From the NCBI RefSeq assembly GCF_001194135.2, contig NC_068983.1:40407847-40451480 (forward strand): DNA of 43,634 bases, read 5' to 3'. The position numbers and the translations under genes are program-made. Below, in pieces: positions 1-11,823 of the stretch. The stretch is from Octopus bimaculoides (taxonomy: Eukaryota). Below the pieces are notes generated by a model. The model saw only the letters and a program-made list of their open reading frames with translations, was not told where the DNA came from and did no database searches. Positions within the stretch are counted from its first letter, which is position 1. Every line of letters starts with the position of its first letter.

Positions 1-303
1 CAATTGATTTTAATCGATTTAAATTTCTTTTCTATTTGAAAATTGGTTATGAAACACGTGTAACCTTTTTATTATATTTATCTTATGATATTTACTTTAC
101 TTTATATTATACTCATTTATTGTGCTTTTAATTATTAATTTTTCTATATGTGATAGTGGATTTTCATCGATGAGTTCTTGAAAATTGGTTATTTTCCCTA
201 AAACTATATATATATATATATATGGGTGTATATGCATATGGACAATGCGGTGAAAGAAGAAAATATCTCCTCCCTCAATATTGAATTTCAGTCCGTCTCT
301 CTT

Positions 304-343
<40 letters not shown>

Positions 344-927
344 ACTCCCTTTAAATCATTCTATTTCTACATCTACAAGCTTATGCAACTGTCTGTCTCT
401 AATTCGCGCGCGCGTGCAATACACATGCTCGCACCACCTTACACACATGCAATTGCATGCACATCTCATAATCCTATTCGGTTATGAAGGCAATGACACG
501 ATTAAAGCCGGCTACTTTTCTCTCTTCGCATTGCACACCCTTTCCCTCTACCTGCCTTTCTGTCTGTCTGCCTGTATGTATGTATGTATGCATGAATGCA
601 TGTATGTATATGCATATGTGTGTTTGGTGTGTTCATATGCGGGTATAAATATTAAATGTGGCTTTGTGTTTAAATAGTTAACATAAAAGTGTTCTAAATA
701 GGTAGTAAAATAAATTCATAATTATTTATAAGTTCATCAAAATTCATGATTGTATCTAAGCATATATACAGAAAGAATTTGCGATCAGTATTTGAGAGGA
801 GAAAGCGTGTATTGCTTAGTGAAGACTTCATCAGAAATCATATTTAAGTATTTATACAGAATTTTAGGAGAATGACCAACTTTTTTCTTCATCTCCAGTT
901 TTGTATATGTGTTTGGCTAGTATGGTT

Positions 928-977
<50 letters not shown>

Positions 978-1299
978 TAAGCATATATGTGTGTGTATAC
1001 ATATGTATATTATCACAAGCAAGATTGTAAAGAAAAGAAAAAAAATCTAAGTAGTCGGTACTATAAATTGAGATAAATTACAGGAAGTTGTTTATCCTAG
1101 TATAACGCAACCCCTTAAGAAATTATAAAAGAAGATACACCACACTCATATCTATATATATCTGGTCCCTTGGGAACAAGGTTTAATCATTTTAAAATAC
1201 ACTGTTCATTTCTAAACGTTGCGTTACCATATGCATATTGCAATTTCCGTTTAAAAATTCCTCACTCATCTTATTTATATGAAAAAATGCCAAATTTAT

Positions 1300-1560
1300 T
1301 TTCACGTTCTCAGAAACTCCTGTTTTTCCAGTATATACACTCAGCTTTCGAGAGTGTTGACAGGAAAGAGATTTGGGTGTTTACTTCACCATCATGGAAT
1401 CCCTCAATGCACACCATTAATATCATTCAACAGCTGTACTAAGACGCCCATTCTTAAGTGGTACACAATGGGAGATTGTCGAAAATTTTAGTAGTAAAAT
1501 CTGGAGTGAGACGGGGATGTCTTATTATCGTCAGTGATCTTGTTTCATAGACCAGACCCA
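1300..1560 (+). mobile_element. Degenerate RTE-clade LINE reverse transcriptase fragment
   Basis: Frameshifted frames join to SAFESVDRKEIW / LLHHHGIPQC / TINIIQQLY*DA / VVHNGRLSKILVVKSGVRRGC. This matches RT motifs KAFDSVDR..W..L.HYGIP...INII..LY and GVRQGC, and parallels the RTE RT at 35623-36230. Confidence 0.75.
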
Positions 1561-1637
1561 AATATTCTAGAATTTCCTTAATTCTTTTATGAACCGTTTC
1601 CCATAAACTATTTATTATTTAAAATGCGTACATTCAA

Positions 1638-1905
1638 TGGTGAAGTCATTTAGTTTAGTGATTAGGGTGTTTTACTCATGATCGCAAGGTCCTAGTTTCG
1701 ATTTCCGAATCATGCGATGCGTTAATTCCCGCGGATCATGCATGCGTTGCTTTCCTGCGCAAGACTCGTCATTTCACATTACTCCAGTCTACTCAGCTGT
1801 AAATTAGCGACCCTGTGTTTATACAAGCGTCCCGTTCATTGGGTAATGTGATATCGGTCATTTATAGGCCAAGGAAACCGAGTAGGCGGTCTCGTGAGTT
1901 CTAGG
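1638..1905 (+). mobile_element. tRNA-derived SINE, family C (degenerate)
   Basis: Head with A-box-like TTAGTTTAGTGATTAGGG and B-box-like GTTTCGATTTCC. Body CAAGACTCGTCATTTCACATTACTCCAGTCTACTCAGCTG. The head resembles those at 2119 and 32782. Confidence 0.6.
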
Positions 1906-1924
1906 ATACGAGTCAGTAGCGCCC

Positions 1925-2045
1925 TGGGTTGTTGTTGCTGTTGATGATGATGATAGTAGTGGTGGTGATGATGATGGTAGTGGTGGTGGTGGTGATGATT
2001 GGAGTGGTGGTGGGGGTGGTAGTGATACTGCTGCTGCTGCTGATG
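1925..2045. repeat. Compound trinucleotide microsatellite (GTT/GAT/GGT/GCT)n
   Basis: Read directly from the sequence. Confidence 0.95.
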
Positions 2046-2118
2046 ATATATTCTGTCATTATACCATATATTTCAATTTCCATTTTACATATATATCTTT
2101 GTATATTCCACATTTAGT

Positions 2119-2153
2119 GGAGGCGCGTGGCTTAGTGGTTAGGGTGTCAGCAT
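2119..2153 (+). mobile_element. Isolated SINE 5' head (family C/D type) running into an (AGC)n(AGT)n microsatellite
   Basis: GGAGGCGCGTGGCTTAGTGGTTAGGGTGTCAGCAT matches the heads of the SINEs at 4495 (minus) and 32782. Confidence 0.6.
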
Positions 2154-2221
<68 letters not shown>

Positions 2222-2256
2222 CAGCAGAAGCAGTAGTAGTAGCGGTAGTAACAGTA

Positions 2257-2404
2257 CTTTCTTTCAGTTTCTGTCCAGCAAATCCATTCACAAAGCTTTG
2301 GTCTGCTCGAGGCTATAGTAGAAAACACTTGCCCAAAGTGCCACGCAATGGGACTGAAACAGGAACCATGTGGTTGAGTAAGAAACTTCTAACCATCCAG
2401 CCAC
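2257..2404 (-). mobile_element. tRNA-derived SINE, family A, 5' half
   Basis: Reverse complement reads GTGGCTGGATGGTTAGAAG...CCACATGGTTCCTGTTTCAGTCCC...TTGGGCAAGTGTTTTCTACTATAGCCTCG...GAAACTGAAAGAA. Homologous to 20140-20468, 30885-31010 and 36814-36963. Confidence 0.85.
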
Positions 2405-2769
2405 CCTTGCACCTTTGATATTAGAAAGATTTCTTACTTCTTTTACATATACTTTATTTGAAATTGGTGATATAACGACCGGTGAACGATTTCGAGTCGC
2501 TTAAGACCGTTCCGCACAATAGAATAGTGCCCTGAACTATCTTGTTACACACAAAGGGGGTGGCCTGCATTAGTCGTAGTCGGGTACCGGGTAGCTGGTT
2601 GATAACCAGCAGTGTGGATGCAGTGCTATCACCACGGCGTGTTGCATGAATTATCGCAAAATAGTTAAAATGAAGATTATAGTGTTTTGCATACTAAACT
2701 AATACCCGGCAGCAAAGTACCAGGTGTGGACATAGCTTTGTGATTTCGTTCAACAACGAGCATGAATAT

Positions 2770-3240
2770 GCCCTCTACCCCTCTCGTCTTCCCTTTCTCT
2801 TTCCTTCTCTCCCTCCCTCGTCCTCTCACATCATTTCCCTACTTTCCTCTCTCTCTCCCTTTCATATTTTCACCATCCTACTCTCTCTCTCTCTCTCTCT
2901 TTCCTCCTCTCACCTACTTTCCTCTTTTCCTTTTCCCCTCTCTCCCTTCTTTCGTCTTCCCCTGTTTTCTTCTCTCCTTCTGCATCTCTCACCTTCTCCC
3001 TCCCCTCCTTCTCCTCTTTCCTTCTCTCCCTCCCTCGTCCTCTCACATCTTTTTCCTACGTCCCTCTCTCTCATCTTTTCACCCTCCTCCCCTATCTCTC
3101 CCCCTCCTACCTAGTCTCCTTTTTCGTTTTCCTCTCTCTCCCTCCTTCCATCTTTCCCTATTTTCTTAACTCCTTCTGCATCTCTCGCCTTCTCCCCCTC
3201 CTCTCCTCCTCTTTCCTTCTCTTCCCCTCGCCCTTCCCTT
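2770..3240. repeat. CT-rich low-complexity tract with internal 25-30 bp duplications
   Basis: Polypyrimidine tract. CTTCTCTCCCTCCCTCGTCCTCTCACATC and CCTTCTGCATCTCTC each occur twice. Confidence 0.9.
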
Positions 3241-4113
3241 CTTTACACATAACTGTGCTCGTAAATGCTCTCAAAACTGCAACCCGATAGAACTCTCATT
3301 TAGAACATAAAGTAAAGTAAGTGTATACTATGAAATTTAAACCTTGCATATGTTGCTTCCCTCTTCAATATATCAGCCACTCGGTAGCATATCTTCGTAG
3401 TGGGTCATCAGTGATATATGACTTGAAATTTCACACTACTAGTAAAACTAGTAAGAGGTTGGTAGAGCAATTTACATTCCATACAAAATATGGATCCACA
3501 TCGATAGAACTGTTACACTGAAACTGATGCAATTGCAGCAATGATCCGAATCCTAATCCCAGAATATGCGGTTAGACATCACGAGCAAACCACCATAGTT
3601 TCACGCGATCGCTCTTTAACCGACCAATCAGTGTGAAGATATGGCATGGACAGGTTTTTCTCAACCATTCTAGAATCTTAATTCCGGTCTCCTTTAGGCG
3701 CATATGTTTACCTGCCAGACGACTTGGGAAGGCGGCTAAGACAGATGGCACAGAAAAATAACAAGAACTTCTGCCGCACGAATATGGCACAATTGTTTCT
3801 AGTTATGTAGGGCAAGCTGCAGGTTGACGTACCAATAACTTGCTGTAAACTCCAAGCAGTATTCCCCTCACAGTATGTAATAATTGTTGTTGTTTATTGC
3901 AAAAGTCCAACGCAGTTTGTTTTTATGTGCGATAATAAAAAATTATGTTAAATGTTCGCGGATGTTGCTCAGTTACCTCTATACGCGGCCCAAGAAACAT
4001 TTTCATTCATCAAGTCAACCAGACACCACCACCAAAGACTAGACCAACCTTCATACCGTGATACAATTATTCAACTGATCTAGAAGAAATCTAATACTAC
4101 AGAGTATATATCG

Positions 4114-4495
4114 TGGCACTCCCGTCGGTTGCGACGACGAGGGTGTTCCAGTTGATCTGATCAACGGAGCAGCTGCTCGTGAAATTAACGTGCAAGTGGC
4201 TGAGCACTCCACAAGCACGTGTACACTTAACGTAGTTCTCGGGGGAACTTCAGTGTGACACAGGGTGTGACGAGGCTGGCCCTTTGAAATACAGGTACAA
4301 CAGAAACAGGAAGAAAGAGTGAGAGAAAGTTGTAGTGAAAGAATACAGCAGGGGTCACCACCACTCCTTGTTGGAGCTTCGTGGAGCTTTAGGTGTTTTC
4401 GCTCAATACACACTCACAACGCCTGGTCTGGGAATCGAAACCACGATCCCACGATCGCAAGTCCACTTCCCTAAACACTAAGCCATTGTGCCTCC
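4114..4495 (-). mobile_element. tRNA-derived SINE, family D, full length
   Basis: Collinear with 32782-33156 (+) over about 380 bp: tRNA-like head, body GTGGAGTGCTCAGCC.CTTG..CGTTAATTTCACGAGCAG and tail GATCAACTGGAACCCTCGTCGTC...ACCGACGGAGTGCC. Confidence 0.9.
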
Positions 4496-4779
4496 TTGAT
4501 TCTCTCATTGCTGACACGTGACGAAAGGCCAACTATCTTTCTTTCTTCCACTTCCTTCCTAAATATAAGACGTGCTTTTACGTGTCTCTTCTCAAAGCTC
4601 GTTTTTCTAGCGTTCATAATCTTCACATCGTCTCGGCTTAACAGCCCTCACCGTTTGTTTTTACTGTCTTGTTCTCACTGTCTTGTTTTTGTTACCACTT
4701 TCGGCCTCCGCAAAAAATCCCAAATTTCATTTAATTTGCTTTGCAGGAAGGACTGTTTTAACGAAGTCGCGTATTGTCC

Positions 4780-5010
4780 TTACCTTCGAAATGCGGAGTA
4801 GATGAAACAGGGGACAACCGATGAAGGGAAGGGTCTTTATGTTGCATGTCTCGTTTCGCTGTTTGTTTGGGGGTTTTTTTGTTGTTTAAAAAAGTTCGTT
4901 TTCTATGTTTTTGTTTTATGTTTTCGTTTCCCATTGTGTCTACGATTATTTGATGTCCTGTACCCATATATGCATGTATATATACATGTATAAGTAGGTA
5001 TGTAGATATA
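4780..5010 (+). repeat. Interspersed repeat, family E (unclassified, possibly Penelope-derived)
   Basis: Shares CGAAATG..GAGTAGAT...GACAAC(T/C)GATGAAGGG and GA(T/C)GTCCTGTACC.A.ATATGC.TGTAT with 27765-27990 (+). Its 3' part matches 14070-14150 (-). Confidence 0.6.
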
Positions 5011-5538
5011 TGTATGTATAAATGCATATATTTATATATATTTNNNNNNNNNNNNNNNNNNNNNNNNNNNNNNNNNNNNNNNNNNNNNNNNNNNNNNNNN
5101 NNNNNNNNNNNNNNNNNNNNNNNNNNNNNNNNNNNNNNNNNNNNNNNNNNNNNNNNNNNNNNNNNNNNNNNNNNNNNNNNNNNNNNNNNNNNNNNNNNNN
5201 NNNNNNNNNNNNNNNNNNNNNNNNNNNNNNNNNNNNNNNNNNNNNNNNNNNNNNNNNNNNNNNNNNNNNNNNNNNNNNNNNNNNNNNNNNNNNNNNNNNN
5301 NNNNNNNNNNNNNNNNNNNNNNNNNNNNNNNNNNNNNNNNNNNNNNNNNNNNNNNNNNNNNNNNNNNNNNNNNNNNNNNNNNNNNNNNNNNNNNNNNNNN
5401 NNNNNNNNNNNNNNNNNNNNNNNNNNNNNNNNNNNNNNNNNNNNNNNNNNNNNNNNNNNNNNNNNNNNNNNNNNNNNNNNNNNNNNNNNNNNNNNNNNNN
5501 NNNNNNNNNNNNNNNNNNNNNNNNNNNNNNNNNNNNNN

Positions 5539-5624
<86 letters not shown>

Positions 5625-5680
5625 TATTTGCAACTCATATTTAAATACTGTGTACATTAAACGATATACTAATTACATAC

Positions 5681-5781
5681 ACACAAACAAGCACACACAC
5701 AAACAAGCACACACACAAACAAGCACACACACAAACAAGCACACACACAAACAAGCACACACACAAACAAGCACACACACA
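5681..5781. repeat. Minisatellite, 16-bp unit AAACAAGCACACACAC x6
   Basis: Six tandem copies, reflected in the 16-aa periodicity of the spurious ORF. Confidence 0.9.
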
Positions 5782-6001
5782 CGTACATATACATCGATAT
5801 GAATAGGTTGATATGACATTCACTAGCAGATATGCGTTTGTGTGCATATATGTGTATATAAATATATTTACATATAGATATTCTATATTCAAGCACACAC
5901 ATACATACATTCTCTCATACACACACATATATACACATATCTAAATATGAATACGTGCGCGTACGATTGTGCGTGTGTGTGTTTGTGCATGCGTGTGTGT
6001 A

Positions 6002-6049
<48 letters not shown>

Positions 6050-6050
<1 letters not shown>

Positions 6051-6270
6051 AAGGTTGAGCCTATGTAAGATGCTACTCGGAAGTTTTTATTCCTGATCCA
6101 CAAGTCCGGATAAGGTTGTTTATGGAAGACCTGCAGTCGCCTATGCATATAATAACCTCTGGTGAAAACACCAGAAATATAGACTATTTTATCCTTAAGA
6201 GACGGAAAAAGTTGTCAGCAGACTGCTACGGTACTCGGACACGTACCCCTCAGATAGCAGGAGTTTACTT
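6050..6270 (+). mobile_element. Degenerate RTE-type APE endonuclease C-terminal fragment
   Basis: Frame HIITSGENTRNIDYFILKRRKKLSADC...TPQ resembles the RTE endonuclease end HLITYxSG..xQIDYxL.R....DC.......PQH. Confidence 0.5.
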
Positions 6271-6288
6271 ACATACATACATACGAAC

Positions 6289-6319
<31 letters not shown>

Positions 6320-6377
6320 CATACATACATACATACATACATACACACATACAAACATATATGCATACATACATAAC

Positions 6378-6735
6378 TGCCCTGCAGATATAAATATCTC
6401 TTCGAAAATCTAAGAAAATGATTATAACTATAGACAACTGCTTCGAAACCTCCAGTTTCTATATCCAGACTATGAATTCATGTTCGTACCAATAATAATC
6501 GGAGCGCTAGGTTCTGTTAGTAAATGCTTAAAGGAGAATCTGGATAAACTGGGATTTTCAAAAAGAGAAATCGTACATTACAAGTGCAGTCCGTGAGTGG
6601 AACAGTAAAAATGTGCAAGACTTTTTTAAAGTTCCAAATGTGAATTTTTCTGTGTTAACTACATCCCAAAGATGGAGCCTTGTATCTTTGTTGGAAACTG
6701 GCACCCTCCTCAGTGAAAGATTTATAATAATTAAA
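6378..6735 (+). mobile_element. 3' end of an RLE-encoding non-LTR retroelement ((CATA)n-associated family)
   Basis: CPADINISSKI*ENDYNYRQLLRNLQFLYPDYEFMFVPIIIGALGSVSKCLKENLDKLGFSKRE / LQVQSVSGTVKMCKTFLKFQM* covers the RLE domain end (K..KY..L and P+++GALG motifs). Preceded by about 100 bp of (CATA)n. Confidence 0.85.
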
Positions 6736-7927
6736 AATTAGAAGAGACTTTCATGCATGTACAGACACACATACACACTCACACAAATATAAAATCCATT
6801 ATAAATAAATACAGGAATTAATATACTCATCATAAATCGATATCCAAAATATCTGCATTTTAGTAGATCATTTCTGCCTTTTTATATCAATTCTATCACG
6901 TGTATTAATGTAGACTTTTGAAAATAAACCAATATAAAAATCTTAGAGAAGGCCTTATTTGTNNNNNNNNNNNNNNNNNNNNNNNNNNNNNNNNNNNNNN
7001 NNNNNNNNNNNNNNNNNNNNNTGTTTGAAATATTTACGTCGACTCCCACGAAACGAACTGGCACCAATCAAGGATGCCAATTGTGATGGAATTGGGTTGC
7101 TTACTCACTGATGACCAATTCCTTTTCGCGGCTTATAGTTAAAATCTATTTACTATAAATTTTATTTTAGTATTTTTTTCTAATTCTAGAAGAAAATTAT
7201 TACTGATTTTTTTATATTGCTTCAAGCTATCAGTTTATTTTTAGTCTTTACCTATATCTGCAAAACTCTATCTGAGAAATTTTACTCATAAACTTTTTTG
7301 AACCTTATTCAAGATAAGATATTTTAATAAGCCAAACTAGAGAGCTTCAACAGACTCCAAAAGGACAATCTGATCTCACTTAAAACTCTAACGTCTTAAA
7401 AAACGAAGGATGCATCCTATTCTAAAGTCCTAGAATAATATTACTGAAGAATAGTATTCTTAACGAATGAAAACAAATGCTCATGAGTAGAATATATTAA
7501 TCGTATGAGACGTCTTAATGCCGCTGATCTGGCTTTGCCTGTTTGGCGTTGCTGGTTTAATTGGCATCAGGCGTTTTGTCTCCGAGATCTTTTGGCACCG
7601 TGAAGAATTTTGTTTTTATTCTAGTTGAAAACTAACTTGTAATTACAAGTGATAGAGTAATCGATTACGAACCCTCGTTTTATGTATATAAAGTGGCAGG
7701 TGAAATGGTGAGGAAATCTGTAAAAAAAAGGGAATGTGTCACAAAATGGGTTTCTGTACTTCTTTGACAAAGTGTAACTGATAGGGAATTAAAATTTTAG
7801 CGGTGTGAGCAGAAAAATAGGGGAGCGCGAGAGAAAGAGAGAGAGAGATAGAGTGAGCGTGTGTGTGTGTGTCTGTTTGATAGAGGTAAAAAGCATTAAG
7901 GTATGTCAAATGACCTTGATTGCTCTC

Positions 7928-7966
<39 letters not shown>

Positions 7967-8167
7967 TTCTCTCTCTCTGTTTATGGTGAGCAAAGTGTTT
8001 GTCTCAATCAATTTCAATAAGATATTGCAAACTCACGCTCTCACTCTGTCTCTATCTCCCTCCCTCCCCCACTTTCTCTCTATGTATATATGTATATATA
8101 TGAGTGTGTGAGTGTGCGCGCGCATGTGTGAGTAGGCGTCCCTACAAGTCTTACGACCGAGGTAGTA

Positions 8168-8205
8168 ATGATGATGATGATGACGACGACGACGACGACG
8201 ACGAC

Positions 8206-8254
<49 letters not shown>

Positions 8255-8275
8255 CGGAGGAGGAGGAGGAGGAGG
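8168..8275. repeat. (GAT)n(GAC)n(GAT)n(GGA)n microsatellite
   Basis: Read directly; explains the poly-D and poly-H ORFs. Confidence 0.95.
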
Positions 8276-8547
8276 CGGGACTGTACTCAGAGGAATATTC
8301 ATTAGCCATGGCAACTTATGTCAGATTAATTTGCATCGTAGCAGAGGAAGCACTTTTAGATTTTCGATTTAGATATTTTGAACATGAATGACGTCAAGAA
8401 GCTGCTGGCTGGAATAATGGTTACGTTTCTGATTTATTCTACGACTTGGTTTACACTAAACATTGAAGACACATTTGCCTTCTTCTACGCAATTAATGCC
8501 CTTAGGAAAACATAATCGCCTTAACTCATGTTTAATCCAGTTCTTAC

Positions 8548-8618
8548 CTGATGAAAGTAACTGAAAAATCTCCTGTTATCTTCGTTGGTATCCTGTAACG
8601 GTGTTACAACGTACGTAA
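8548..8618 (-). CDS. Candidate internal coding exon (71 nt, phase 1 to 0), xTYVVTPLQDTNEDNRRFFSYFHQ, product unidentified
   Basis: Minus-strand acceptor TTTTTTTTCTCTCTTATCCAG, donor CAG|GTAAGA, only one of three frames open, unique sequence. Confidence 0.45.
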
Positions 8619-9057
8619 CTGGATAAGAGAGAAAAAAAAATGCGGATCTCAACAAGAGCAATTTTTTAATCAACACAAAGTAATTAGTTACGTTTAGATC
8701 AAAATATATTTCGATATAAATATTTGAAGATGTGTCTATAGTCGTATTATATGGTATTAACAACAGACAAATTCGTTAATATAATGCAGATATTTATTAT
8801 TAAAATCACATAACCTTTTCATTTTTGTTTTCCTTGCGTGCTAGTCAAATGTACTTCGAAGCCATAACGATATGTTTAGAGGTATGAACGGGTACATGTC
8901 TTAAGAGCTATTGCAATATCAGATATGGCATGGTGTCAACTTTAGTGTGTTTCATTCTATTTCGTTTTTCGTTTAACAGAGAAGTCTTTAAATTAATGCC
9001 TACATTTATACGTACATGCATACATACATACATACATACATACATACATACATACAT

Positions 9058-9140
9058 AAACCTGATATGATATTTGGGATAGAGAAGAGAAACTGTGCAC
9101 AGTTGTGGAAATTAGCTGCCCAGCAGATGTTAACATAAAG
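9058..9140 (+). mobile_element. RLE catalytic-motif fragment ((CATA)n-associated family)
   Basis: With one frameshift reads KPDMIxWDREEKLCTVVEISCPADVNIK (PD...E.SCP motif), overlapping the CPADINI start of the 6378 copy. Preceded by (CATA)n. Confidence 0.8.
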
Positions 9141-9193
9141 TTCTCCATATACATATGAAGTTGACATAACGACAGCAACAACAACAACAATAA

Positions 9194-9404
9194 TGGTTCC
9201 CAATTTTGGCACTAGGCCAGCAATTCCGGAGCAAGAGGTAAGTCGATTACATCGACACCAGTGCGCAACTGGTATTTATTTTTATCGATCCGAGAGCATG
9301 AAAGGCAAAGTCGACCTGGGCAGAATTAGAACTCAGGACGTAAACACGGATGAAATGGCGCTAAGTATTTTGTCCGGTATGCTTACTATTCTGCCAGCTC
9401 TCCC
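9194..9404 (-). mobile_element. tRNA-derived SINE, family B
   Basis: Reverse complement starts GAGCTGGCAGAATAGTAAGCA and contains CTGAGTTCTAATTCTGCCCAGGTCGACTTTGCCTTTCAT. Homologous to 12940-13175 and 37162-37380. Confidence 0.85.
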
Positions 9405-9407
9405 ATT

Positions 9408-9448
9408 CCCTACTACTACTACTACTACAACCCTACCCCCACCCCACC

Positions 9449-9497
<49 letters not shown>

Positions 9498-9528
9498 CAA
9501 CATCACGACTACCACCACCACCACCACC

Positions 9529-9571
<43 letters not shown>

Positions 9572-9587
9572 TAACTAATACTACTAC

Positions 9588-9632
<45 letters not shown>

Positions 9633-9655
9633 TAATGGTAATAATAATAATATAA
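9408..9655. repeat. (ACT/ACC/AAT)n compound microsatellite
   Basis: Read directly from the sequence. Confidence 0.95.
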
Positions 9656-9780
9656 ATACTAAATTTTTTTTTTATTTTTCTTCCTTTTGATCTCAGGTGC
9701 AGCACTACCTGTTAAAATAACAATTCAAAATACTCTTGTTTATAGTACAATCTGTGAACGTCAAACAACACAAGGAGCAA

Positions 9781-10152
9781 ACACGCACACATAGACATTC
9801 ACACAGACAGACAGACAAATACACACACACGCACACATACAGACATACACACAGATAGACAAATACACACACACTCACACACACACACACGCGCGCACAC
9901 ATACAGACATACACACAGACAGACAGACAGACATACAGACAAATACATACACATTCATACACACACACGCCCGCACACATACAGACATAAACGCAGACAA
10001 ATACACACACACACACATACAGACATACACACAGACAGCCAAATACACACACACAGACATACTAAAACACACACACACACACGCACACACACACACACAC
10101 ATGCAGACTTACACATTGACAGACATAGACATACACACACACGCACACGCAC
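9781..10152. repeat. CA-rich degenerate microsatellite (CACA/CAGA/CATA)
   Basis: Read directly from the sequence. Confidence 0.95.
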
Positions 10153-10519
10153 TGTTTCGGTGTTGTAACAGTGTCAAACAGCCTCAGTTGAGGACAAGCA
10201 ATGAAACTTCTGTACTAAAATGTTCTGCTTAAAATGACTTCACGGCCATACATCAAAGTTCCTTTGCGGTTTCTATTGTACAGGTTTATTTCTTTATTAT
10301 TCTTATTCTCGTCCATCAGATTTTCTTTACGTTAGGCTTTTGTCCACTGTAAAAACGACATCGTCTCTCTGCTTTTTGACACCGTAATTGTCCATCATCA
10401 CCACTCCCCCCACCATATCCTTCTTCTGTCTGTATCCTTCTTGCAAGCAATGTAAAAAGGTCCTGAAAAGATAATAGTTCCTTGTTCTTACACACTTTCT
10501 CTCACTTTCTCTCCTCCAT

Positions 10520-10563
<44 letters not shown>

Positions 10564-10715
10564 CTCTACCCTCTCCCCTCTCTCCCTTTCTCATACGTAG
10601 ACACGTTTGTACGTGTATATATNNNNNNNNNNNNNNNNNNNNNNNNNNNNNNNNNNNNNNNNNNNNNNNNNNNNNNNNNNNNNNNNNNNNNNNNNNNNNN
10701 NNNNNNNNNNNNNNN

Positions 10716-10756
<41 letters not shown>

Positions 10757-10775
10757 GTATATATATTTTCTTTTA

Positions 10776-11020
10776 CTCTTTTACTTCTTACAGTCAATTG
10801 ACTGCGGCCATGCTGGAGCACCGCCGTTAGTCGAGCAAATCGACTCCAGGACTTATTCTTCGTAAGCCTAATACTTATTCTATCGGTTTCTTTTGCCGAA
10901 CCGCTAAGTTACGAGGACATAAACACACCAACATTGGTTGTCAAGCGATGGTGGGTGGAGGGGCAAACACAGTCACATAAACGCACACACACACGCACGT
11001 ACACACACACACACACTTAT
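10776..11020 (-). mobile_element. SINE family A, 3' half
   Basis: Reverse complement contains CGCTTGACAACCAATGTTGGTGTG, TAACTTAGCGGTTCGGCAAAAGAAACCGATAGAATAAGTA and TGCTCCAGCATGGCCGCAGTCAATTGACTG. Confidence 0.85.
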
Positions 11021-11025
11021 GTATA

Positions 11026-11821
11026 CATGGTCTGATCAATAAATATCCAGATTGTTGCTATAATACTGAAGCTAAAGCTTGCAGAGTGAAGTCGTTAGGC
11101 ACAGATTGACCTTGAACTCTGCTAAGCAGTGCTTGGAAGGAAGGTGTGTAGCGTGTGATCGTCGAATTGAGCATGACAAGGTTGAGCAGAGGCCTACGCA
11201 AGGTTTTCAAAAAGTTTTCATCGTTCTCGACAGAATCAGGACATTTTGTGCAACTGAAACCCGAGTGTCTTTTTGGTCAGCTGAAAGCAGTTTTGGCACA
11301 AACTTTACAGACCCGCGTCTCATACCCAAATCTTTAGTGATAATGGACTAAACTGAACCGTAACTAATCTACACATCTTCTGATAACTCACGGATGGTTA
11401 TTCGACGATTTCCTCTCATAGTTGCACGCACATCTACGATGTTTTCTCAGTTCTATTGGTTGCGGATCTTCCAGAACGTTCGTCAATATCGACATTTTTT
11501 CGGCCATCTTCGAAACGTCTGAACCACTCGTACACTTGTGTGCGACTCATACATTCCCCTTCATACGCTTTCTGCAACTTTGCGTCGGTCTCTTTGCAGG
11601 TAACGCCATGACAACTTTCCCTGTCATGGTCAATGCAACGATCACACACTACCCACCTTCCTTCCAAGCACTGCTGTAAACAGCGGAGGTGAGCTAGAAC
11701 ATTAAAACTTAGTGCGCATGCACAACAGAGGTCAAGGTTAATCTGTGCCCAGTGACTTCACTCTGCGTGCATTAGCTTCGTTACTATGGCAACAGTCCGG
11801 ATACTTATTGATCAGACTTCG
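11026..11821 (-). mobile_element. Non-autonomous mariner (Tc1/mariner) element, internally deleted, with extended inverted ends
   Basis: TA at 11024-25 and 11822-23. Termini CATGGTCTGATCAATAAATATCCAGATTG and CGAAGTCTGATCAATAAGTATCCGGACTG. Minus-strand transposase remnants ETDAKLQKAYEGECMSRTQVYEWFRRFEDGRKNVDIDERSGRS (N-terminal HTH) and KDLGMRRGSVKFVPKLLSADQKDTRV. Confidence 0.92.
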
Positions 11822-11823
11822 TA

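Noticed and set aside
33-66. Further degenerate hammerhead-like strings (33-66 +, ~805-840 -, ~12195-12230 +, ~18375-18415 -, ~29568-29600 +, ~30805-30840 +)
   Set aside because: Each lacks a core element or stem pairing. They may be decayed Penelope ends but cannot be supported individually.
4785-4835. GAAA...C(C/U)GAUGAAGGG in family E (also 27775-27815) as a permuted hammerhead
   Set aside because: Stems I and III and a UH site could not be formed.
8386-8514. 43-aa ORF MNDVKKLLAGIMVTFLIYSTTWFTLNIE... with a hydrophobic stretch
   Set aside because: Too short, with no suitable donor before the stop, and indistinguishable from chance in AT-rich DNA.
9697-9790. Strong plus-strand acceptor TTTTTTATTTTTCTTCCTTTTGATCTCAG
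   Set aside because: No convincing donor follows, and the T-tract adjoins a microsatellite.
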